64,000 nucleotides of DNA from Octopus vulgaris. Taxonomy: Eukaryota. The notes below the pieces were generated by a model. It searched no databases and was not told the origin of the DNA. It was given only the letters and a program-made list of their open reading frames with translations. Position 1 is the stretch's first letter. Each line of letters begins with the position of its first letter. Location: the NCBI GenBank assembly GCA_951406725.2, contig OX597830.1, positions 42,842,001-42,906,000 on the forward strand. The letters are read 5' to 3'. Of the stretch, positions 49,463-64,000 are shown in pieces. The position numbers were made by a program, and so were the translations under genes.

Positions 49463-50395
49463 AAACTGAAAGGTTGCAAAATTCCCCAGCAAAAGTGGTG
49501 ACTGCAGGTATTAAATTACTGATGAAAAATACCCCAGCTAATGTGTTCTTGTCATAGAAGTGAAACTTGTATGGTTAAACACAAAATTACCCCAATTCCT
49601 CTTCCATTTTAAACAAGAAAACTAAAATGAATAGCAAGAAATTCAAGAAAAACTGATGGAATCCTATCATGCTTTGAATGGTCGATTACTAATGTTAATG
49701 AATTTCTGATGAAACTGCAGATGATGTATTTGCAGTATGTATAACATTCTTTATGACAGTCTACAAAACTTTAAATAATTTGAATCATTACTGGATACAG
49801 TCATGTATCATGTATTGACAGCATATGTAAAACTGTTAATTACAGCATTTGTATGAATGTTTTTGTAACCAGCAGTTCACTAGTCTGTAATAGTAACAAC
49901 TGAAATCGTTTTGGTCATTTTTGACAGATTATCGTGAGGGAAGAAGGAAGACCTTGTCTCCTGCCATATGTTGTGGTGATTGTGACAATGAAAGGTATTG
50001 TTCATGTTCAAGCAGTAATTGATCCTAGGCCAGTTTGACCTAGGGTTAAATTGTCATTTCCCCAGTGATTGTTTCAATAGAAAGATAGGACACCAACTGC
50101 TTGGAATGAACTCTCTCTTAGCTTATATTGTAACAATTTATGATGAACAGTGGAAGCCAGCAGCAGCAGCAGAAAATATTAATTTAATGGCAAAAAATGT
50201 GATATTCTTCCAGAGTTCTTTTCCATTTTACTGAGATGCATGAGATCAAACTTTGCCAACAATATTAGCAACTTCACAAAACTTTCAAAATTGCTTTCAG
50301 GTTTTTTTTTTGTCTCTACATAATGCAAAGTTTTGTGTCACTAAACTTTTATACAAGAGATAATTCTGTTGAGATTTTGTCATTATTTAACATGA

Positions 50396-52707
50396 TGCAC
50401 TAAATGAGGATGCAAAGAGAGAGGTTTGGAGACGCCACTATGAAAGGTTGCTGAATAAAGAAAATGAATGGGATAAAGAGAATCTGCCGAATGTCGACCC
50501 AACAAAGGGACCAGCTATCTGAGTTGACAGTTCCTTGGTAGTTAAGGCAATTAGAAACATGAAGACAGGGAAAGCCCCAGGCCCATCAGGAATTACTGCA
50601 GAGATGCTCAAAATATCTGGTAGTGTCGGCTATAGCCTAGTCACCTGTATAGTTAACCAGGTGATACACGAAGGAGTCATACCCAATGACTGGTGTAGCA
50701 CCATAATAGTCAACTGCTACCAAGGTAAAGGCGACGCTTTAGATACAAATAATTACAGAGGTATCAAGCTGTTGGATCAGGTAATGAAAGTTATGGAGAG
50801 GGTCATAGCCCAACCTATTAGGGAGAGAGTCAGCTTGGATGAGATGCAGTTTAGTTTCGTGCCAGGGAAAAGCACCACTGATGCCATATTTCTGGTAAGA
50901 CAGCTGCAGGAGAAATACTAGCCAAAGATAAGCCCCTGTACCTGGCTTTCGTTGACATGGAGAAAGCCTTTGATAGGGTCCCCCGATCCCTCAACTGGTG
51001 GTCAATGAGGAAACTAGGGATAGATGAATGGTTAGTGAGAGCTGTGTAAGCCATGTACAGAGACGCCGTAAGTAAGGTGAGGGTTGGCAACGAGTACACT
51101 GAAGAATTCAGGGTAGACGTAGGGGTCCACCAAGGTTCAGTCCTCAGCCCCCTCCTATTTATCATAGTCCTCTAGGCAATAACGGAGGAATTCAAGATAG
51201 GATGCCCCTGGGAGCTCCTATATGCTGATGACCTTGCTTTAATTGCTAAGTCACTATCAGAACTAGAGGCAAAGTTTCAAGTGTAGAGACAAGGATTAGA
51301 ATCGAAGGGCCTTAAAATCAACCTAGCCAAAACCAAAGTCCAAATATGTAGGAAGGCAGGCAAATCACAAACGCCTTCAGGTAGATGGCCCTGCTCGATC
51401 TGTAGAAAAGGCGTAGGTAGAAACTCTATAAGATGCACCAAGTGTAAGCTATGGATACATAAGAGGTGCAGCAATGTCAAAGGAAGGCTAACTAGGAAGA
51501 TAGTTTTTGTATGTGGCAGATGCTCAGGAGCAATAAACACTGAAAATGTGTAGAGACCAACTTCCGCCGCATTCCAGGGAGAAAAACTAGAAATTGTTGA
51601 TAGTTTCCGTTACCTAGGTGACCAAGTCAATAGCGGGGGCGGGTGTGCTGAAAGTGTAACCGCTAGAGTAAGAATAGCCTGGGCAAAGTTCAGAGAACTC
51701 TTACTGGTGACAAAAGGCCTCTCGCTCAGAATAAAAAGCAGACTGTATGACGCATGTGTACGAACAGCCATGCTACATGGCAGTGAAACATGGGCCGTGA
51801 CTACTGAGGATATGCGTAAGCTCGAAAGAAATGAAGCCAGTATGCTCCGATGGATGTGTAATGTCAGTGTTCATACTCAACAGAGTGTAAGTATCTTGAG
51901 AGAAAAGTTGGACCTAAGAAGCATCAGTTGTGGTGTGCAAGAGAGACGTTTGCGCTGGTATGGTCATGAGGCGAGAATGGATGAAGATAGTTGTGTGAAC
52001 AAGTGCCACACCCTAGCAGTTGAGGGAACCTGTGGAAGAGGTAGACCCAGGAAAACCTGGGACGAGGTGATGAAGCACGACCTTCGAACTTTAGGTCTCA
52101 CCGAGGAAATGACCAGAGACCGAGACCTTTGGAAGTATGCTGTGCGTGGGAAGACCCGGCAGGACAAGTGAGACCATAACCCGTGGCCTCTACCTGGGAT
52201 GTAGCCAGTCCACTTATGCATACTTTTTCTTCTTGTGACACAAAACTCTACTTGTGAAAACCTGTTGAGGCAAGTGAAATCGAAATCGATCAACATCAAT
52301 GGAAATTGTAGCTGTGATACCAGTGCCAGTGGTACGTAAGAGAACCATCCGAACATGGTCGTTGCCAGGGCCGCCCCGACTGGCCTCGTGCCGGTGGCAC
52401 GTAAAAAGCACCATCCGATCGTGGCCGTTGCCAACCTCGACTGGCTCCCGTGCCGGTGGCACGTAAAAAGCACCATCCGATCGTGGACGTTTGCCAGCCT
52501 CGTCTGGCATCTGTGCAGGTGGCACGTAAAAAGCACCCACTACACTCACGGAGTGGTTGGCGTTAGGAAGGGCATCCAGCTGTAGAAACACTGCCAGATC
52601 AGACTGGGCCTGGCGCAGCCTTCTGGCTTCCCAGACCCCAGTTGAACCATCCAACCCATGCTAGCATGGAAAGCGGACGTTAAACGATGATGATGTTGAT
52701 GATGATG
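50396..52707 (+). mobile_element. RTE LINE, longest copy, several stops/frameshifts
   Basis: MKTGKAPGPSGITAEMLK..NYRGIKLL..; RT, PHD-like finger, C-terminus, about four 3' UTR units, (GAT)n tail. Confidence 0.95.
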
Positions 52708-53759
52708 CAAATATATTCTAAAATATTTCTATGGCTCTTTGCTTTAAACATAATGAAAACATTTCTGTTTATAGGTTGTCTGATAAAATTAAATATTAAA
52801 AAAAAAAATTTTCGAACTCCAAGGAATCTTGACTATGGTGCTGAAATAAAAGTGATGTATTCTATGCTGTGTTTTCCTGTTTTCTTAAATTATTATTTTG
52901 ATATGGAAAAGTTTAGAACTGCCAACCTCTTTGAAAGACATATATAATTCTTAAAGATCACTTAATTTTAGTCAAGTAACCCTTTGTTAGCAAAAGCACT
53001 TTTAGAAAGTCATGTTAGAGTGGCTTAGCATTCAATACTGAAACTAAATCCTATGATTTAGTGTTGTGTAAGAGTACAAAACTTTGAATTTGAATTGTGC
53101 AATGACGTTTACGTGAAAAATTTAAAGAGAATCAGCCTATAATGTAAAAAATATCTTTTTGAAAAATGTTTGATCAAAATTGTACAGCCTTCAAATGTAC
53201 CCATCCACTTTCTTTCTTTCTCTATCCCCCCCTCTCTCTCTTACTCACACACACACATACGTACACTCTCTCTCTTTCTCTCACAAACACATACATAAAC
53301 TCACATGCTTACACTCCCAAAAATCTCCGTCAATTTCAATAATGGCTGTCCCAACAGACCGGTCCACTCATTGAATTAATACATAAGTGAATGACTCCAT
53401 TTATGCACTTTAAGACATATGGACGTTAAGAGTATGTGTCTGAGTATTCCACAGACACATGTACACTTAACGTAATTCTTTAGGGGTAAGCAATGTGAAA
53501 AAGTGTGAAACAAAGCTGGCCTTTTCTCCTGGGTTGGAAAAAATCCGGAAGTCTCTGAAATGGACGTGTCTTCTGTGGCAAAGAGAAAGAAGTATTCTCA
53601 ATGTTCCCTTTGCACTCCCAGAATCATCACCGAGTGGCACAAGGTAGCTGGGCCCACTATGAGACACAAAGACATTTAGGTTCTACCTGGTGAGTGAAAG
53701 ACAGTTTATGTTCAGCATGAGCCTGGAGAATTACATAATCATGTAGAGAAGAAGAATGA

Positions 53760-54940
53760 GGAGGAGGAGAAAAACTGCTGACCTACTGTATATTTATAGT
53801 AGAAGACTAAATGAGGTGCGAATAAGAAAGAATTTAACGGTTGGTGTGAAAGATTACAAGAAGGCTTACGGCAATGTTCCACACTACTGCTTCTTGGAAT
53901 ACCTGAGGACGCTCAAAATCAATGAGAAGATAAGCAGCTTTTTGTGAAAAGCAATTAATGTATGGGAAGTAGAACTAATATGTGCAAAGGAATCGTTTGA
54001 AGCGTAAAAATACGCAGGGGATATTCCTAGGAGGCTCACTCTCCCTTTTATTCCATTTATAAACCACCTGCATCGTATGGAAGACTACAAGCTATACATA
54101 AAAAGTGAAAAAGCTCCGGATTCTCTAATCCAAATAGGAAGAAGTATTCAACAAGGATATTGGGATGCTGCCTAGGGTAAATAAGTGCGCATTGTTAATA
54201 ATTAAGAGAGGCTGGAAGGTAAGCACCGATGGTGTAAGACTACTATTAAGCAATATCATTAGATCATTAGGTGAGTGATGCAAGAGCGTAGGGGTGAGTG
54301 ATGCAAGTGCGTAGGGGTGAGTGATGCAAGTGCGTAGGGGTGAGTGATGCAAGTGCGTAGGGGCACTGCAAGACGATATGAAAATAGAAGGAGAAGCGAG
54401 AAAGAAAATATTGAAAGAGTACATGAGAATAATCAGAAAGATGCTCAAAGCAAAGTTGTTGAATGGAGAGAATATTATTAAAGTAATAAATACATCAGTC
54501 ATGCCAATATTAGGATACACTGCTCCCTTTCTAACATGGACAAAAATTGGAGTTCCATAGCTTAAATAGAAAAAAAAAGCTATGAAGCCGCTCACAATTC
54601 TAAAAGTAATGACAAACTCTACCTACCAAGAAAGAAAGGAAAATGGGAATTACTAAACACAGAAGACATCATTAGTACTGCGATATCGATATTAGGGTTG
54701 GAAAATTATGTTGTGCAGAAAGAACAGTATCGGCAGATGGAAATATTCAAAAAGTGACTGAAACACCCGAAGAATTCAAGACATGATGGAAGAACAACAG
54801 AACAAATAGATAGACAGAGGTAGAATTACATAGCCAATTCATGTAACAAACTGAAAATGTTGTAAATGAACAACGCTGGCCCTGTCTGACGGACGGAAAC
54901 ATGAAACAAGAAACCGAAAAATGAATTATAGATGCTTAAA
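53760..54940 (+). mobile_element. Degraded R4/Dong-like non-LTR retrotransposon
   Basis: DYKKAYGNVPH, GIFLGGSLSP, DIGM..NKCA, KLLNGENIIKVINTSVMPILGYT, LYLPRKKG motifs. Confidence 0.7.
54270..54362. repeat. About 23-bp tandem repeat x4
   Basis: GGTGAGTGATGCAAGTGCGTAGG units. Confidence 0.9.
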
Positions 54941-56026
54941 AATTGGGACTTTGCTTCATCGTAACTTTTTAAAATAATGCATCGACCAATTTATTTTTCC
55001 ATTTTTTAAATTCTTTTGTATTGGGGCGTGAACACCGGGATATCCAAAGAGAGTTTCTTTTGCAGTACCACTGGAATTTAGCAAATTGAAAGTGACAAAC
55101 CGGTTACAACTTCAGCTAGCGTGAAAAGTTTATTTACATATTTTAACAGGTGTCTTTCTTTTCTTGTGGCCGACCGCCGGTTGATCGTTTGTAGCTGTGT
55201 GGTACAGATAGCTAACCTGCCGAAATGTAAGTGAATTATTTTATAATTTTTGTAAGGTTTCTTTATCTGGTTGTTCTTTATCAAATAGTAATTAGTGCGT
55301 AAGTGTAGTTAATTGTTTAATTTTAAAACCAAACCTTATCATTAAAACTGATGAAAAGCAATAAGAACATGTTTGTCAAATTACGTAATTAGTTTAAGGT
55401 GGTGACCTGGTAGAAACGTTAGCATGTCTGTCTTTACGTTCTGAGTTCAAATTCCTTTCGGGGCCGATAAAATAAGTACAGGTTGAGAACAGGAGTTGTG
55501 TAATCGACTTAGACCTTAGCCTACTGCCCTTGTACCTAAATTTGAAACCAAATTACTTTATTGTTCTTATATGAAAATTAATTTGAAATATGAAACACGG
55601 GCTTGTATTAGTTCCAGTTTTTGTGGTTTAGGCTTAATATACGAAGCAGAATAGTTTAACAGTCAAACTACAATAATGAATGTAATTTCTGACGATTTAT
55701 AAAAAAGAAAGTTGTACATACTTACGGAAGTTCTAAAGAAAAGAAAAATCGTAATCTTCTATGCTTATAAAGGGTGTCCAGAGAAATTGTCGGAAAAAGT
55801 AAAAACAAAAAAAAAAAAATCACAACAAAACAAAGCAAAAAAAAAACAAAAACAAAATTAAATAAAGTTCGGTCGGTTTTTATTTCGAAACGCTTGGTGA
55901 TGCCCAATCCATAATCATTGGTATCTCCTGGGAAATAAAAGAGTTACAGAGACAAAGAGAAAAATAACATAAAAAAAGGAAAAGAAAGATTTTTCAGAAT
56001 ACATGTCAGTAATACACACACACACA

Positions 56027-56160
56027 CGACGGGCTTCTTTCAGTCTCCGTCTACCAAATCCACTCACAAGACTATGGTCGGCCCGAGGCTATAGTTGAAG
56101 ACACTAACCTAAGGTGAACTCGGAACCATGTGGTTGGGAAGCAAGCGCCTTACACTACAG
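56027..56160 (-). mobile_element. SINE family 1, 5' half
   Basis: GTCTACCAAATCCACTCACAAG..GGAACCATGTGGTTGG. Confidence 0.75.
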
Positions 56161-56174
56161 CCCCTCCACCGCTT

Positions 56175-56199
<25 letters not shown>

Positions 56200-56205
<6 letters not shown>

Positions 56206-56217
56206 CATATTATATGT

Positions 56218-56264
<47 letters not shown>

Positions 56265-56344
56265 CATACATACATACATATACATTATACGTATCTGTAT
56301 ATATATATATATATATATATATACATACATATACATTATACGTA

Positions 56345-56379
<35 letters not shown>

Positions 56380-56409
56380 TTATACATACATATACATTAT
56401 ACGTATCTG

Positions 56410-56440
<31 letters not shown>

Positions 56441-56572
56441 TTATACATACATATACATTATACGTATCTGTATATATATATATATATATATATATACATA
56501 CATACACATACATTATACGTATCTGTATATATATATATATATATATATACATACAGACATATACATTATACG

Positions 56573-56604
<32 letters not shown>

Positions 56605-56682
56605 CATACATACATATACATTATACGTATCTGTATATATATATATATATATATATATACATACAGACATATACATTATACG

Positions 56683-56714
<32 letters not shown>

Positions 56715-56790
56715 CATATACATTATACGTATCTGTATATATATAAAAAAATATATATATATATACATACATACATATACATTATACGTA

Positions 56791-56826
<36 letters not shown>

Positions 56827-56847
56827 CAGACATATACATTATACGTA

Positions 56848-56905
<58 letters not shown>

Positions 56906-56945
56906 TTATACGTATACATATACATTATACGTATCTATATATATA
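56200..56945. repeat. Compound minisatellite: ACATTATACGTATCTG spacers between variable (TA)n
   Basis: About a dozen units visible. Confidence 0.9.
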
Positions 56946-57071
56946 TATATATAAATTTATATAAATAAGGATAAGATCGTTAATTTAAATATCGATCTTA
57001 TCAAGTGGCAAGCATGGGAATAAAAAAACCTTCAAAGGTAATAATTATTATTAAAATTATAATTTAGGGTA

Positions 57072-57132
<61 letters not shown>

Positions 57133-58310
57133 TTCACGCGCGCGCACACGCACACACACACACAAGAAAATGTAAATGCTCCTATTTTGTGAAAATTATA
57201 CTGAGTTTCTATTAAACAGAAATTGCGTCTATTTTTTTTAAGAGTCTAACCAGGATGTAGAATATTTGACACGAGAAATAATGAAACAGTCAAAATTGGG
57301 CATGATTTCCGCAAGTTTTATAAATGGCTATTACTCATTTTCTAAAACTGATAAATCTCACCGCGCTCCATAAACATTTAAAAGAAATATTTTAACTTTC
57401 TTCCTCTTTATTAAGGAGAAAACAAAAGAGTTGCCTCCATATAATTCTTGTTTCGGTTTGGTATTTAATAAGCTTGAATTTATCTGACTTTCATTACACA
57501 CCGCAATTTATTCGCCTCAGTTTTCAAACCGCACAGCTCTCTAAACCTATGTATGTACGTACGTACGTACGTACGTATGTATGCATGCATGTATGCATGT
57601 ATGTATGTATGTATGTATGTATGTATGTATGTATGTATGTATGTATGTATGTATGTATGTATGTATGTATGTATGTATGTATGTATGTATGTATGTATGT
57701 ATGTATGTATGTATGTATGTATGTGTGTATGTATGTGTATGTATGTATGTATGTGTGTATACACGATTGTGAAAGCTTTTAATAATAACAACACTAACAA
57801 CAGCAACAAAAAAAAAGTCAAATAAAAATTAGGGAAAATATGGTGCCCAGAGTTACAACCTTCCGTGTTTAAAACTCAGAAATCCGGAGAAATTGTCTAA
57901 AAAAAAAAATGAGAACGTTAGGTTACAACTTGTTGAGTGGTATGTATATTTTGGAGCCCCATCCATCGTAATCCAGCCGGATGAAACAAGAAATTATATA
58001 TATAGAGAGAGGTTATTAGAGGTAATGGTATCAATAAGACCCAAAGGTGTCAGGAAATGCTGAGTAAGTGCTGAGTAAGGTTCGATTATTATGCGAATAA
58101 GGAGTCCAATCTTTACGCCTATACAGGCATGATTTATGTTGATTTGTATAAATATGATTCAATTTCATTGATTGAAAATCATTTATGCGTTCGGGACTTT
58201 GGTTGGCTGCCTAGAATTTACGGTCTCATTTTCCTCTACTTTGTATTATTTCGCATTGGCTCACTACGAGCACTCCGTAAATATTCTATAATTTCTATAA
58301 CATACTTTAT

Positions 58311-58378
<68 letters not shown>

Positions 58379-58408
58379 GAGATGTGGAACACGAGTTGTG
58401 ATATCTAA

Positions 58409-58831
58409 AAAAGGAAATGAAGAAAATGCTGACAAAATAATTTAAGTAATTTAATTAGGTGAAAGTTCTTTTTACCGGTTGCGCATTTGTTATGCTTATC
58501 AAAAGATAATTTTTTTAAGAGAGATAGAGTTCTTTTCTGATAGATTTTTTCCTCTTATCGGAGATAAGATGCCCACACCATAATCCTTCTCTACTCTACT
58601 TTTGCCCGATCTCACATTGAATACTGTTGCCCACTGTGGTCCGCCCCCCATACGAAACAACTCATTATGAAAGTAGAAGCACGCACTCCAGGGGGAAAAA
58701 TCTATCAGAAAAGAACTCTATCTCTCTTTAAAAAATTATCTTTTGATAAGCATAACAAATGCGCAACCGGTAAAAAGAACTTTCACCTAATTAGATTACT
58801 TAAATTATTTTATCAGCATTTTCTTCATTTC

Positions 58832-58836
<5 letters not shown>
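58409..58836. repeat. Fold-back: 143-144 bp inverted arms around a captured CR1 piece
   Basis: 58409-58552 is the reverse complement of 58694-58836; centre 58566-58694 copies 59630-59760. Confidence 0.9.
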
Positions 58837-58916
<80 letters not shown>

Positions 58917-59009
58917 CTCCGAATGTCTAGGATCTTATTTGTATTTTACTATATAGTGGGAGGTGAACAATTTTGGAGGATTTTAACTTCTCTTTCAAGC
59001 AAACAGCGT

Positions 59010-60060
59010 TGGGAGGGGGGCTCCAACACCGACGTCATATACCTTGATTTCAGCAAGGCATTTGACAGAGTAGACCACAAAATCCTGCTGAAGAAACTGT
59101 CCTACATTGGAGTCCGCGGAAAGCTGCTGCAGTGGATAAAGTGTTTCCTGACGAACAGAACTCAACATGTGGTTGAGGGAATACGATTCAGCTCAGCCAA
59201 AGTCAGAAGTGGTGTCCCTCAAGGTACAGTGTTTGGCCCACTCCTCTTCATTATTTACATCAACGACATAGTAGATGTCATCAAACATTCTACATTGAAA
59301 ATCTTTGCAGATGATTCCAAACTCCAAAAAGCCATAAACGGCATGAGAGACCGAACATGCCTTCAGTCAGATCTGTTTGCTATTGTTCAATGGACGGAAA
59401 AAAACAATATGCTTTTAAATGAAGACAAGCTTGATTTGATCCACTTTAGAAAAGAGGTAACTCTGAAATTACCATATACTCTTCCCTCAGGCGACTCCCT
59501 AGTGACATTAAACCACACCAGAGATCTTGGAGTAATTGTTGATAATCTAAGCTGAAGTTCCCACGGAAACAGCAAGATTGACTTGGGTCGCAAAAATCTA
59601 CTCCGGAATTCTGAGAACTTTCCGGTCAAAAGATGCCCACACCATAATCCTTCTCTACTCTACTTTTGCCCGATCTCGCCTTGAATACTGTTGCCCACTG
59701 TGGTCCGCCCCCCCCATGCGAAACAACTCATTATGAAAGTAGAAGCGCGCACTCCAGGGGTCAATAACAAGAAAGATAGACGGCATGAGAAGCATTGATT
59801 ATTGAGGTCGACTAAAAAACTCAATCTCTATTCTCTCCAACGCTACCGAGAGCGCTACATCATTTATGTTATGTGGAAAATATTCCATCAATATTGCACA
59901 AATGATGTTGACATCAATTTTAAAATCCATCCAAGGCTTGGCCCCCGTGCTATCCACCCGCTCCAAAAATCGAACTCAGTTCACATAGTAACATTATGTC
60001 ACAATTACTTTACCTCAACCAGTCTAGCTCTCTTTAATACAATACCAAAATACGTCAAAA
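59010..60060 (+). mobile_element. CR1-group LINE RT, truncated and frameshifted
   Basis: DVIYLDFSKAFDRVDH, SGVPQGTVFGPLLFIIYIND, IFADDSK, RDLGVIVD, LNLYSLQRYRER. Confidence 0.9.
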
Positions 60061-61188
60061 CGTATTGTATTGACAAAATATGAACTCCTATCGGAATTTA
60101 CATACCGTGGACAATAAATAATTCTACCATTTCTACACACTACTTTCCTTGGATAATGGAACTGCAACTATAGGGCTAAATAACAGTAGCATTCTTCCCT
60201 TTCATGGGACTGTCACATTAAGTTGACAACATGCTACCACTTTCTCGTGCTGCTACTGCATAAATATCTCTGAGAGATTTAGAAATATAATATTTCTATT
60301 TTCAGAAACAGTTTGTTCTCATATTGTGGGCCTAGTTGAGAAGATGCGTGAAATTTCATCTCCGAATCTCATCTTGTATATGTTGTTTATGCCGGGGTTT
60401 GAAACGGAGTTCAAGGGTTTAATATTCATTTCTTTTGAAATGAAAAGAATTCTGAATTGAATAGCAAGTTTCTCCTCGGATATGATCAGTTGTGTGTGTA
60501 TTTTAAGGATATGCTGTTTTGGGGAAGGAAATTTTTTTGTATCAAAGCATTATTTTTTAATTCAGAAAATTATTAGCTGCATGTATACATCGTGTTTAAT
60601 GTATTTTAGATGTGTGTGTGTGTGAGCAAGAATTTTAATGAGTTAACAATTAACAAATTCCATTTCTATCGAAAATATGGTCAGCTGTGGATTTCAAAAT
60701 GAAATGAAAGTTTGGACGGAATCCTTTTTCATCTGCTTTGTGATTATGTGTGTGTGCGTGTATTTATTTGCTTGGTTTTTGCGGTGCGTGTGTGTTTGTT
60801 TTTTTTGTGTGATATGTAATTCTCTTTTTATGGGGAGGGGGATTATGTTGTTTTTTGCGTGTTTGTTTTTTATGAAGTGTGTGTGTGTGGGTGGGTGTGT
60901 GAGCTTTGTTTTTAGGAATGTTTTTTTTTATGTGTGTGGGCGTTTGCTTTTAGTGGTGTGTGTGTGCTTTGATTTTTGGGAATGTTATTTTGCTTTTTTT
61001 TTTATTTAGGAATATGTTGTTTTGAGGAAAGAATTATTTTTGTGTCAAAAATTTTTTGAATAGAATTCTTTAAAGAATTTCTGCATCGGACTGTGGCTTT
61101 AAATTGCAGAGTTTGCATTCATATAGCATCATATAAGATTATTCTTCAGAATTACTTTCTAATTGCATACCATTCAGCAGCAGCCACG

Positions 61189-61545
61189 GGAAGCGCAATG
61201 GCCCAGTGGTTAGGGCAGCGGACTCGCGGTCGGAGGATCGCGGTTTCGATTCCCAGACCAAGCGTTGTGTGTGTTTATTGAGTGAAAACACCTAAAGCTC
61301 CACGAGGCTCCGGCAGGGTCTGGTGGCGACTCCTGTCGTACTCTTTTGACCCAACTTTCTCTCACTCTTTCTTCCTGTTTCTTGTCCCCGACTTCCTACG
61401 CAACCGCTGAGCCTGGATGCGCATTCATCCATCCGTTGATGCTCTCGGTGTCGGGGGTTGACCTGCTTTCTCTTCTGCAGGTCTTACGAATAGCAAAGGA
61501 CCACGATTTGGACTTCTCCCACTGCGAGCTCTGGGACGAAGACGT
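61189..61545 (+). mobile_element. Third tRNA-derived SINE (tRNA-Arg-like head)
   Basis: A box TGGCCCAGTGG, B box GGTTTCGATTCC; no closed acceptor stem; GC-rich body followed by (GTAT)n. Confidence 0.65.
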
Positions 61546-61804
61546 ATGTATGTATGTATGTACACACACAGACACATACACATATGGGGAGTAGATAGAC
61601 AGCCGACAACTGATGAGGGGTCATTCTAAATATTACTTGTCCTTTTTTTCTCTCGTTATTTGCGTATTTAACTCATTTGTTTTCGTATTTCATGTTGTTT
61701 ACTGTTGGTGACGTCCTGTACCCATATATGCATGCATATATGTGTGTGTGTGTATATATATATATATACACATCTGTCTATGTATGTATGTATCTGTCTG
61801 TCTG

Positions 61805-62492
<688 letters not shown>

Positions 62493-63204
62493 TAGATATG
62501 TGTGTGTGTGTATGTGCGTGTACATATATATACGAAGAGAAGGTAGGTATCCTTATTTCAAGATTTTTTAAAAGAAAAAAATACCGCGGGCGATTTCTCG
62601 ATTAAATCCGTCCGATCAATCGATCATGAATAGATAGAGATAATAGATCCAGCAGGCATCGTTCAAGCACTGTAATAAAATCCAAGTTGTGGCTAACCGC
62701 ATCGAATGGCATGGAATAACCTAGGACTAATTTAAGGTAACCAATCCCAGTGTATTTAATCCGATGAGTAAATCTTGGTTAGCTTTGCTGGATCAGAAGC
62801 AGTTTACTGAGTGTATATGCAAGACAACTGAAATTAAAAAGGACAATATAATATGGTGTTAAACTAATGCCCTCTTGAATACATATTTCGAGTGTACACT
62901 TTTTCTTATCAACTTTACACACACATACACACCCAAGCTTTGGTATATATAATGTGTGTGTATGTGTATGTATGTATTTGTGCGAGTAACATACAAATAT
63001 TTACATCCACGCCGACAGAAGAGCAAAGGTGGAGCCACACATCAAGCTATCAGAGAATCAGAAAACGGAACCCAAAAGATAAAAAAAAAATATCATAGTG
63101 GTTAAGATTTGAGAGTTATTTCCCTTGATATAACTGAAACCGTATTGTAAACTTAAATTGAGCGAGCAGGATGGAAATAAGGCTACAGTGCAGAGTCGGA
63201 TTAT

Positions 63205-63344
63205 GTATACGCAAGTTTGCTTCACAACTACATGGTCCCGGGTTCATTCTCACTTCGTGACACATTGGGCAAGCGTCTTCTACAATAGACTCAGGCCGAC
63301 CAAAACCTTGTGAGTGGATTTGGTAGACGGAAAGTGAAAATGTT

Positions 63345-63384
<40 letters not shown>

Positions 63385-63545
63385 GTGTACCCCCAGTGTC
63401 ACTTGACAATCAAAGTTAGTTTTCTTATGACTCACAACATAACGATTCGCTAAAAGTGACCGGTAGAGTAAATACAAGTTTTTAAAAAAAAAAAAAATAC
63501 CGCGGGCGATTTCTCGACCAAATCCGTCAAAGCGGTGCTCCGGCA
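63205..63545 (+). mobile_element. SINE family 1, degraded
   Basis: CTTGTGAGTGGATTTGGTAGACGGAAA and downstream blocks. Confidence 0.7.
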
Positions 63546-64000
63546 AAAGATAAAAAAAACAACGGAATATGTATGCAATATGGAACACACATCCTCAATG
63601 GATGTGCTTTGCCAGTTAGCCGGTCGGCTGCGTTTCGCCACGTGGGAAATAGCTCTCTCGAAGCAGCGGATGTTAAAACATCTGAAGGTCATTAATAGAC
63701 GGGTCAGACAACTCACCTTATGTCCCATCCAGGAGCGATGGACATCGATACTTCATAATCATCAACGTCAGATACCCGAACCGAACCCAAGACAAATTGA
63801 ATAGTCTGTCCATGACTATATGTAAAATAGTCTAAATTCTATCTGCTTTATGCCCGAACGATAATTACACAGGAGTAAATTCAATGACGAAACATCAATG
63901 TCCATCGTTCTTGCACGGGACATAAGTTGAGTTGTCTCGCCTGTCCATGACTAACATTCAGGTGTTTTAACACCCGGCGCTTTGAGAGAGCCATCGTTAA

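Noticed and set aside
61189-61262. Functional tRNA gene
   Set aside because: A and B boxes are present, but acceptor and anticodon stems do not close and the sequence continues into a SINE body
61612-61640. Hammerhead at CTGATGAGGGG
   Set aside because: No closing stem II or GAAA half is visible downstream

Overview
AT-rich, microsatellite-dense animal genomic DNA. The repeat families (RTE LINEs with (GAT)n tails, two abundant tRNA-derived SINEs, mariner/maT/hAT elements, Penelope-like elements) point to an octopus/coleoid cephalopod; this is an inference. Most ORF-track entries are microsatellite translations or transposon remnants. Reading splice signals by hand gives one host gene that the ORF track misses: a + strand SNX10/SNX11-type sorting nexin. 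Its five phase-compatible exons (25192-25281, 32238-32341, 33259-33357, 35586-35738, 45638-45719) encode a PX domain that has lost two canonical PI3P-binding residues. Further upstream exons are possible. The introns hold a 362-bp tandem, retrozyme-like element with U3:A8-variant hammerhead ribozymes and two Naiad-type Penelope-like copies with minimal hammerheads. They also hold many RTE copies in both orientations and a mitochondrial 16S rRNA fragment (NUMT) just upstream of the last exon. RTE copies in the window carry a PHD-like finger in the ORF and a variable-number array of predicted pseudoknots in the 3' UTR. All coordinates were read by eye; edges of degraded repeats are approximate.
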